Assembly (NCBI GenBank): GCA_018985225.1
Contig: JADGIF010000164.1
Span: 1-16,344 of the forward strand
Length of the DNA: 16,344 nt
From: Amoeboradix gromovi X-113
Lineage: Eukaryota; Fungi; Sanchytriomycota
Reading direction: 5' to 3'
Part shown: piece after piece, positions 8,223 to 16,344 of the stretch
How the letters are laid out: the number at the start of each line of letters is the position of its first letter
Position numbering within the stretch: position 1 is the first letter of the stretch
The notes under the pieces: model-generated
Told to the model about the DNA's origin: nothing
What the model saw: the letters and a program-made list of their open reading frames with translations, nothing else
Database searches by the model: none
Position numbers and translations under genes: made by a program

Positions 8223-8353
8223 CTCGATTGTTTTCTTGAATAAATCATTTATTGGGAATTTGTATGCATTTTTGCATAATTTCAAGACTTTTCCGGATTT
8301 TCCAATAGCTTAAACACTCGATTTTCTGGGAAATCAGGACTTTTAACGAGGAG
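8223..8353 (+). mobile_element. 131-bp non-autonomous (MITE-like) derivative of the family B IS607/Fanzor2 element
   Basis: Left-end sequence (like 1590-1687) is joined directly to right-end sequence (like 2170-2206) at a shared CTCGAT (8317-8322). Confidence 0.85.
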
Positions 8354-8400
8354 ATGAGACATCCAATATAAAACTAGACCAAGTATTTGAAATATTAGAT

Positions 8401-8619
8401 TTACTTAAAAAGAAATAACAGCAATATCCAAGATGACCACAACATTGAGTAGGAAGATGAGTAAGACCCATCATACGGTGTTTCAGATCCATAGATTTCA
8501 GTTTCTATAGGTATTGTTGTGGTAAAAGATGGTGCAGATAAGTAGGTTGTTTGAGTTGGTTCTGGTGCAGTCATTTCTCGGACTAGTGAGATGTCATTAT
8601 TTATGTTCCGCTTGACCAA
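8401..8619 (-). CDS. Possible small S/T-rich protein with a hydrophobic C-terminus (GPI-signal-like); 5' end unresolved
   Basis: T/S/P-rich stretch ending SSSYSMLWSSWILLLFLFK. AGTAAA overlaps the stop. No convincing start codon or signal peptide. Confidence 0.4.
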   Translation of the reverse strand: MVKRNINNDISLVREMTAPEPTQTTYLSAPSFTTTIPIETEIYGSETPYDGSYSSSYSMLWSSWILLLFLFK

Positions 8620-9065
8620 TCCAGTTGACTGAGGTGATTATCTGTAATATTAAACCAATAAAACGATCTTTAATTTGGCTCTCAGGAATATTTTCAATAA
8701 CGTTATATTAATGGCCATACAACATAAACACCGTTCTGGTGATAAAGAGCTACTGAAAGTTAAAATGAATACTCACTGCTAAGATTTTCTTTAATAAAAA
8801 CCCGTAATGTTAATAAAATGAAATAATGGTATACTTTGTATTCTTACCTTAAGAATCAATAGTACGCCGCATCCTATTCAGTTTTTCTAACCATGGCTTC
8901 TGGAAAAGTTGAATAATGCCAATGACATAGTTTATAGCTTTAAGTGGCTGCTATTATGTTCGTGATGTAAGCAGGTTGCGCAGTGCTGTGCGTAGCTTTT
9001 TCTATGTTTTAAATAAATCTCTTAATGCTTCTACTTGGCAACTATATAGGTCAATTTAAAAAGCC

Positions 9066-10677
9066 ATGTCAAATCGTAGAACTTATCAGTTTGAACCCTC
9101 GTCTCCCAAGGAATCTGAAATAACTACATATACAGAAAACAATACATCACAATCAGTACCATCTCTCAGGGCCAAGGCTATCTCTCTCTCATTTGTAGAT
9201 CCAATGATGGAAAAGGGTTATCGTAAATGGACCATTGATAAATATGATCGATTTCACATTTTGCTATATGTTGTTATGCTGATATGGACAAGCTTGTTGT
9301 TCATATTCGAGTATCTAGAATCAAACCATATTTCAACAAATTATTTCCGAATTGGATACTATGCCATAGCCCTTATCGGGGCTCTAACTACAAAGTTAAC
9401 CAAAAAGCACAACGACTTACTCATCATATTGTGCTCTTCTGTGTTGCTAATTGTAAGCACTGCAGACAATGTTGTTCTTTTCAACAGAACTGCAAAATTT
9501 CATCCCATGGAATCAAATTGGATTCCTATGCTTATAATTCTTCATTCTAGCATGTCCTTGATTCATGTGCGGTACTGGCTACTGATACTGTTCATTCCGG
9601 TGTCCTACTTCATCTCTCTATGTATTTCTCGCAGTTTTTACAACACCTCAAACGTATTTTGCACTAATTTAGAATTGGTTAGATACCGGCACTTTATGGT
9701 ATTTAGTTTTAGTAGTGTGTACATCTATTAGCGGATTGATTGGGCAATTCCAGCAACATTATGCTAGTCGATGCTTATTCCGTTGCGTAAGAATGCAAGG
9801 TAACCTAACAGTCCAAAACAGACAATTTAGATCAGAATACACTCAACACATACTGACGCTGCAGTTTCTGGATAAGTCTTTGGAGAGAAAATTTACCGTT
9901 ACAAGGTGGCGATATGCCATAACCACAAATACCAAGTATTCAGCATTTTTGGTGTCAAACGCAGTCACATTGATAATATACGAGTACATGTATAAGTATA
10001 GCAACACAAATCTTGTGCTATATCAGTGCTTATTCCATTTATTGCCTGTTGTCATCCTGTGTATGGCAAGCCATTTTATAACTTACAGAATGCAACAAGA
10101 GCTAACCAAGAAATCAGTTAAGGTGGCGTGGCTGTACGCGGCTGTTAGAGAGCAATTTATAAGAAGATATCGACTAATGCAGCTCTTAATACTTTTAGTC
10201 TTTGTATCGAGTACATCCGTGTATATATACTTGAAAACGGGAACAGACGCACCTTACGAAACAAATATAATGCTACTGTATCTGCAATTAAGCGTAACAA
10301 CAGGAATAGGGACATTTTATTATTTACTAGGTACCATGGTAATATTAGTGCAGTCATTCGTCTGTAGTTTTTTCAGACCTGACACTAGTAATTACATACT
10401 TGCCATATTGTTTGCTAGTATAAATGCACTGCTATATGTCAGACTAATGGTAATAAAGAAGAGAAAATTGTTTATATATGAAAGTACAGAGGAAAGTGGT
10501 TTATTTTCACAGTTGGACAGTCAAATTAAAAGCATAGAAACCATATCACTGGAGTATAGACACACTTTGAGTACACTAACAAAAAACACGAATAGCACTG
10601 ACGATAGCAGAAGTAGTGATTCTTTCAACTTCTTAGAAAATATGCTTAGCTTATATAGCGACGATTACAATGGATAA
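9066..10677 (+). CDS. Polytopic membrane protein with two ~6-TM repeats resembling class III nucleotide cyclase membrane anchors, no catalytic domain; join(9066..9653,9673..10677), 530 aa
   Basis: Two overlapping ORFs are joined by a 19-nt intron, yielding the continuous helix NWLDTGTLWYLVLVVCTSISGLIG. Each TM bundle is preceded by an LxFxDxxxExxY/F motif (LSFVDPMMEKGY; LTLQFLDKSLERKF). Confidence 0.75.
9654..9672 (+). other. 19-nt spliceosomal intron GTATTTTGCACTAATTTAG
   Basis: GT-AG with branch-like ACTAAT abutting the acceptor. It is the only plausible local GT-AG pair I found that joins the two frames. Confidence 0.85.
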
Positions 10678-11126
10678 ATAAATGAAATTATCATTAAATA
10701 TCGCACATTTCAAAACTTCAGGTGAACTCAGAAAATGAATGAATTACATCTATTACTAACTTTATTACACTCTTCATAACTTTGCAATAATAGAAAACAA
10801 TCTGATTCTAGCTGCGCTGAAAATTCTATATGCAGCTTACCGGCTTTAATAAAATCAAGAACCTCTAAGGCACCACGAGCATCTCTAATAATATGTCGAA
10901 TATACAGTATTTATTATATTGAACCCTAAATAAAAATTTACTAATCAAGATATCAGCGCAGATAAAAGAATGATGAAAAGATATATGAACAGCTTATCTA
11001 AGCTTCAGAAATGAGAGTTTCTTGCAAGTTCGGATTTAACATAGGCATTCCCAGATCTTTTGATTGGCCGCAGAATCTAAAGACAGAAAATAGCAACTAC
11101 TAAAGGCTCGTGTTCTCCATTTTGAA

Positions 11127-11618
11127 ATGATATTCCTATTGTTACTCTTGGTTTATTCTATACTGGATACGGATATGAGCACCCTAGGTATAAGTAATAA
11201 AAGTAATTCAAGCACTGCATCCTCGACATCTGCGGTTGCTAGTGATGGCTCTAAATCATCAGTAAGCAAAGAAAATACCAGTGCTTCAAACACCTCAGGG
11301 AAAGAAGTATCGGAAGCCTCCTCAAATGCAAGCGGTAACGATAGTTCGATATGGATAATAGTTTGCAGTGTCGTTACTGGGTGTTTATTAATATTTATAA
11401 TAGTTCTTTATACTTTGAAGAAAAGAAATAGAAATAGATTATCTAAACTGGTTGAATTTGGAGATCAGTCTATGGATTGGAAGAATGTGGAAACCACCGA
11501 TAGAGCTAAATCGACATATTCAGAAAAATCCCATTATGGTGAGTCAGTTTTTCAGTCAAAGATATTTGATTTGAATTCTGTTTACATGAGATCAGATTCA
11601 TCATTGGGATACTTCTGA
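11127..11618 (+). CDS. Type I single-pass membrane protein with Ser-rich ectodomain (163 aa)
   Basis: Signal-like MIFLLLLLVYSIL, Ser/Thr-rich region with several N-x-S sites, TM IWIIVCSVVTGCLLIFIIVLYTL, then basic KKRNRNR. Confidence 0.8.
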   Translation: MIFLLLLLVYSILDTDMSTLGISNKSNSSTASSTSAVASDGSKSSVSKENTSASNTSGKEVSEASSNASGNDSSIWIIVCSVVTGCLLIFIIVLYTLKKRNRNRLSKLVEFGDQSMDWKNVETTDRAKSTYSEKSHYGESVFQSKIFDLNSVYMRSDSSLGYF

Positions 11619-11674
11619 AATGAGTAAAAATGAAGTCGTTTACAATTCAAATCTTCATCTTCTTATTATATCGA

Positions 11675-11719
11675 CTCCTTGTAAAAAATCCTGACTTCAG
11701 AGAAAATCGAGAATTTCCA
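11675..11719 (-). mobile_element. Isolated, diverged right end of the family B element
   Basis: Minus strand TGGAAATTCTCGATTTTCTCTGAAGTCAGGATTTTTTACAAGGAG aligns with 2162-2206 TGGAAATTCTCGATTTTCTGGGAAATTAGAACTTTTAACGAGGAG. Confidence 0.8.
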
Positions 11720-12307
11720 TAAATTTATGTAATTCAGTGAATACAAGATTCCTTATTTCATTTTGACTACAGCCTCCAGGTAGCAGAATCGAGAAAACTA
11801 CGGCGCTTTTTGTAGTTACTACTTCCGTTTCTGCTATTATTTCCTTTTTCACGGTATCAACGCAAATCTGCATGTCGTAACTAATTTCTATGCCTATTAA
11901 GCGGTGTATCTTGTTGCTATGAGAATAGTAACGGTGAAAAGTACTCTGAGCTCGTTGCTCTACTTATGTGGAGCTGAAAAATGTCTACCTCTGCCATTGA
12001 AGTGCATTAACAACACCACACAATTTAATGTTGTTTCAATTAAGTTGTGTCTCATGTGATCTAGATGAGTATGTGACGCTATTTCAAGCAATTGTCTAGA
12101 CATTAGTAGTCTAGTCTTGGTGGTTGAGAGACCATTTGGCGCTATGTAGAACTGCTCGGTTCGAGCGATTGATAATGAAGGACAACTTTGAAACAGTCAA
12201 TAAATCACAGCATGTCCCAACTCATTTCAAATAGACAAGCTTAGTCTTTATGAATCTTAAAATAAAGTTTTGAGTAATTCTATGAACCTTTTTAAATCCC
12301 ATTTATT

Positions 12308-13434
12308 TTACTTCTCTACATTCTCAGGTCTCAACTTACGCACAGTCTCACCAGCTCTCCACATTTCATGCTCTCTAATCTCCTTTAACTCACTCTCAAA
12401 TAAATCTCTGTAGTTATCCTGAGAATTGAAGTCCAAGGTACGCTGAGTCTCATTTCCATTAATAACTTCATCATAAAGATCATTGAAAAGAGGCTTGTTT
12501 GCTTTATAGAACTTTGGATACCAATCCAATGCTCCTCTTCTTGCGGTTGTTGAGCAGTTATCGTACATCCAATCCATTCCCTTAGCTCCTACCAACGGAT
12601 ACAATGATTGTGTTGCTTCTTCTACGGTCTCGTTAAACGCCTCACTTGGGGAATGTCCTCTTTCTCTCAACACTTCATACTGTGCTTTAAACAGCCCGTA
12701 AATCGCACCCTGAGTTAGCTTTGAATTACCATTAAGACTCCTCGCTCACCTGTCAAATCAGAATAAACCTCTTTTTGAAATGTTGTCTCATACATATATC
12801 CAGCCCCAACTGCTGTTCCTATGGCCAGTGCTCTTTCCATTGCTTTCCCAGTGACATCTTGAAAAACTGCAACTGATGCATTTATCCCTCTTCCTTCCAA
12901 AAACAGACTCCTTAAAGTCGTTCCAGATCCTTTAGGTGCTACCAAGATAACATCTACATTCTTTGGTGGAATCACTTTAGTTTGTTCTTTGTAAACCACC
13001 GAGAACCCGTGCGAAAAGTAGAGCGTCTTTTTACCAGACTCTAAATGCTTCTTAACTTGTGGCCAGGATGACTTCTGTGCTGCATCACTCAGCAAGTTCA
13101 TGACCACTGTCGATTTAGCACATGCCTCATCTAGTTCCAACAAGTCTTTGTTTGGCTTCCACCCGTCCTTCAATGCTAAATCCCATGATGCTCCTTTTCG
13201 AAGTCCTAAAACCACCTTTGTATTTCCGCCAGCTTCTTGTATCTTTTTCAAATTATCTCTCAAGTTTAATGCTTGTCCTCGTCCTTGTGTACCGTACCCA
13301 AGTACTGCTAGAGTGTCTTTACCCAATACGCTCGCTAGTTTACTTGGCGGGAAATCAGCTCTCTCGTAAACGCGTTCCTTGGTTCCTCCAAAATTCAATT
13401 CTTTCATTCCTCGTTTAATAAAACTGCGGATCAT
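12308..13434 (-). CDS. ILV5: Mitochondrial ketol-acid reductoisomerase; complement(join(12308..12709,12730..13434)), 368 aa
   Basis: Rossmann motif LAVLGYGTQGRGQALNLRDN, then LYFSHGFS and VILVAPKGSG. After the splice, YSDLTGERGVLM|GAIYGLFKAQYEVLRERGHSPSEAFNETVEEATQSLYPL...CSTTARRGALDW...VRKLRPEN, closely matching fungal Ilv5. Confidence 0.97.
12710..12729 (-). other. 20-nt spliceosomal intron GTAATTCAAAGCTAACTCAG
   Basis: GT-AG with canonical fungal branch GCTAAC. Removal exactly restores the conserved ERGxLMG motif, which fixes the intron length. Confidence 0.95.
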
Positions 13435-13926
13435 TACAAGGAGTATCAAAATTTCGTCATATTGTATCTAATCATCTTTAAATGCTTGAATCTTGAGAAA
13501 ACAAAGAATACAGGCAGAAAATCTAATAATCCGAGTGGACCCTCTGCGTTATCAACTGGCATCACCAGAGCACCAAGGAGGGAACAATTAAGGATGCATA
13601 TATTTGAGGTAAGTATTTTTGCAGCCGTATGACCTCCCATATACTTGTATATGAAGATTAGCAATGTATTTAATGTATGTGGCACTTTTTAAGTCAGTAG
13701 ATAAAGTGTTTACTTGTATACTCCTCTATTAATTGGCTGAGAGTATCGCATTTAAGAGATCTCTTTGTGGAGGGCGCAAAAACTTCAAGAAACTTTCAAG
13801 GCTCTCGTGGATGTTAAAAGAATCTCTTTTGCGTCTAGAAATGAACCAGATTCTACCATTTCCGAGTAAAAAAGAGCGTGTGCTGTATGCCTTGTATTGG
13901 ATTTAAATGATTTACTGTACAATTTA

Positions 13927-15668
13927 TTACTCGTGTCTTATCCTTTCCAAGTCCTTTAATGCTTCTTGTAGCATTACATTTTCATACTGTGGTGTTTTAT
14001 TTTCAATCATGCCTCTTAATGACTGCTTTGATTTGTTTGTCACTTGCTTGTATTTTGAACTCAATTTAAGATAGTCCTGTTGTAGTTTCTTGTATTTGTT
14101 TTTCATTTCTGCTAGTCTTGGGTCTACGCTACCATTTTCTGAGAGTTCTACCAATTTTCTAGTTTGCAATTCTTTCAATCTTTTTAGCTCTTCTATGTTA
14201 GATCTATTAAGCTACATTATTACTTGGATACCTGGTCTATTTGATTCTTTTGTTGCAAAAGCTCATTCATTTTCGTGGCTCTAATTCTTTCTGCTTCTGT
14301 TTGACCTACAGCTATATCCAGTTCATCCTGTAATTGTACGTTTCTGTTTTCCAGTTCGTTCATGAACTTCTCTGTCTCATATATCATCATTTCATACTTT
14401 TCTACAATGTTGTCATCATTTATTGAGTCTGTTATCCTTAGCTGCATCTTCTCTTTCAGTTGCTCAAATGTATTTGATAGCTGCTCCTTTTCCTCTAGGA
14501 CCTTGTCTAATTGCTCCTGTAACTCTGTACTTTCTTGCTCGTACCTATCCATTTGAAGCTTAAGTTTTTGAGCGTTCTCTACCACATTCTTGAATCGGCT
14601 GTTCATTTGATCATTGGCTTTGCGCAACCTTTCATTCTCAATGTTTAGCATGGAGCTGTCTTTTTCCAGTTTTAAAAGCATTTCAGGAATATTTGGCAAA
14701 TCATCGTCTTGGATATTCTCTTGATCTGCTATTTTTATTTCTTCGATCTGACGCATACTGGATAACTTCTCTTGTTTTAACATATCTATGTCAGCCAACA
14801 GTTGTGTTATTGTTTGTTCTTTCTCATTCATGGCTTGCATAACGAGCACTTTCCACTTATTGACTTTGTTTTGTAATGCAAGAAATTCAGAATTGTCCTT
14901 GGATATATCGTTCTTTAAGTCGCTTAAAGAGGTAGAAGCTTGTTGTTTAATAGCAATCGTAGCTGTTAATTGAGATTCTAAATCATCGAATATGTTTATG
15001 ATTTCATTGATTATCGGATATTCCTGAGCGTACATTTGAATTGAATCTATTGGAGATGATTTACATAGTACATCTACTAATGTTTGCAACAATTCGTTGA
15101 TGTTTAGATCTGGAATGTTTGACAAATCAGAGTGAACTGGATTGATAACTGGGGATTTCAACATTGACATATCTTGTAGAAGAGACATATCAGCACCTTT
15201 ATTAAGAAGTGGAGAGGGAGGATCAGTTATTGTGGTATTGAAAGACTGTTGGTCAGCGACAGATTTTGGGTTCACAAATTTCAAAGTATTATTTTCTGCT
15301 TCTAACTCATTAATACGAGCTATATTTTGATTGTTAACATTTTCTAATTCAGATATATACAGTCTATAATCGGTAATCTCATTTTTTAAGGATTCAGAAA
15401 TTTGATCAGTCAGATCATCAACATTTTTAGGTTCAATTGCTGAAGCACACAGTGAATCTTTCAGAATCTGAAGCCAGTTGGAATCATCTTCAACAAATGG
15501 GATAAATTCACTCAATTCAGATTTGATTTCTTTTAATCCATTTGTTTTCAATCTACTTTTAAGATCAGCTATTTCTTTTAATAGGTCGCACTGATCAGCT
15601 GAAAATTTGTCTTCTAGCAACTCTTCCAAATAGCAGCATTTTAACTTGAGTACATATAAGGGATCCAT
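13927..15668 (-). CDS. Long coiled-coil protein with an N-terminal CM1 (centrosomin motif 1)-like segment; complement(join(13927..14211,14232..15668)), 573 aa
   Basis: E/K/Q/L-rich heptads throughout. The N-terminus YVLKLKCCYLEELL...LLKEIADLK resembles CM1 (FxLKL+IyfLEExL...ENxxLK). Two ORFs are joined by a 20-nt intron. The gene model is solid; the functional call is tentative. Confidence 0.75.
14212..14231 (-). other. 20-nt spliceosomal intron GTATCCAAGTAATAATGTAG
   Basis: GT-AG with TAAT-G-TAG at the same spacing as the other introns. Joins QIDQ|LNRSNIEELKRLKELQT in frame. Confidence 0.85.
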
Positions 15669-16227
15669 GGATACCCGAAACCAGGAGAATTTGAAAACTA
15701 TTTGAAATCAACCGAATCCTTAGTTATCTGGAACGGGACCAGTTGTTAAATCACATTGCTTGAATTGCACCTGGTATGACATCAAACATTCATTGAATAT
15801 CAAAATGATACCAGGAAATTTTGAGTTGTACTGAACATCTTGTTTAAAAGAAAGCGAGAGGACTAGTAATATATTTAAGACAGTTCCTTGCGAAATTCAG
15901 GAAGAAAATTGAATAAAAAGGACAAAAATTAGTTTTGAATGGGATTTAGGCGTCGAAGAAAGCAAAGTGCAACACAACCAATAGTAGTGATTTTAATAGA
16001 AAAACTTGCTGAGAAAATATCAGTTGCTCAAATTACAAGGCTATAGTCATTCCAGCTAGATATTTATAAGAAAATTCTTTACCATTTGTTACCAAAAGAT
16101 GAAATTATTAATATTTCAAACCTCAATCTTCCTTAACATTTTGGAATTTTCACTCAAAAGTTGTCGGAAGCATGAATACTTGGACTTTGTATTAAAGCGG
16201 TGATTGGTTTCTGAAAGCAAAGACATT

Positions 16228-16344
16228 TGGGACACCAAATATAAAAACTAGACTAACTCGTTTTTAAAGGTGCTCCATACGGAGGAAATGCTATCATTAA
16301 TAAAAGATCTTCTTCTATTATACCAATTTTCTTTCATTGATTGT
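16228..16344 (-). mobile_element. Second copy of the family A element 3' end, inverted and running off the window
   Basis: Reverse complement matches 55-168 with 4 substitutions and one 3-nt insertion. The terminal 54 nt are identical. Confidence 0.7.

Noticed and set aside
10812-10961. CTGCGCTGA...TCAGCGCAG inverted repeat as a MITE
   Set aside because: Only 9 bp, no clear target-site duplication and no second copy in the window.
13609-13624. 16-nt GTAAGTATTTTTGCAG as another micro-intron
   Set aside because: Lacks the TAAY-N-YAG branch consensus and has no credible flanking gene.
7809-14240. Split ORFs as pseudogenes, programmed frameshifts or stop-codon reassignment
   Set aside because: Each break is resolved by a GT-AG segment with a shared consensus, and TAA, TAG and TGA all end conserved or complete proteins normally.
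145-15330. Short antisense or nested ORFs (e.g. 145-456, 862-1137, 4188-4886, 7009-7575, 13100-13418, 13446-13685, 14090-15330)
   Set aside because: Shadows of better-supported genes or short non-ATG frames with no recognisable motifs.
55-16344. Whole window as one giant transposon bounded by 114-bp terminal inverted repeats
   Set aside because: The repeats look like inward-facing 3' ends of a coding element that extends outside the window. The interior holds housekeeping genes (ILV5, STE12) and no intact transposase. Outer flanks are not visible, so a composite element is not fully excluded.

Overview
AT-rich, gene-dense eukaryotic DNA, most likely from an early-diverging fungus. The evidence is a STE12 transcription factor with two C2H2 fingers, a fungal-type ILV5 and the standard genetic code. 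A reduced parasite such as a sanchytrid is an unverified guess. About 11 protein genes are present: STE12, ILV5, a J-domain protein, a CM1-like coiled-coil protein, a two-repeat polytopic membrane protein, and several orphan secreted or membrane proteins. Two things stand out. (1) Four split ORFs are each repaired by a 19-20 nt GT-AG intron sharing the consensus GTA...TAAY-N-YAG, with a putative branch A fixed at -6. (2) The intergenic DNA carries relics of several RNA-guided nuclease (TnpB/Fanzor) elements. These are an internally deleted IS607-type TnpA+Fanzor2 element (1590-2206), its 131-bp MITE-like derivative (8223-8353), a third right end (11675-11719), a decayed Fanzor1 with a downstream hairpin (5141-5819), and two near-identical, inward-facing Fanzor-like 3' ends at the window termini (1-168, 16228-16344). 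All calls come from manual reading and motif recall; no searches or folding programs were run.
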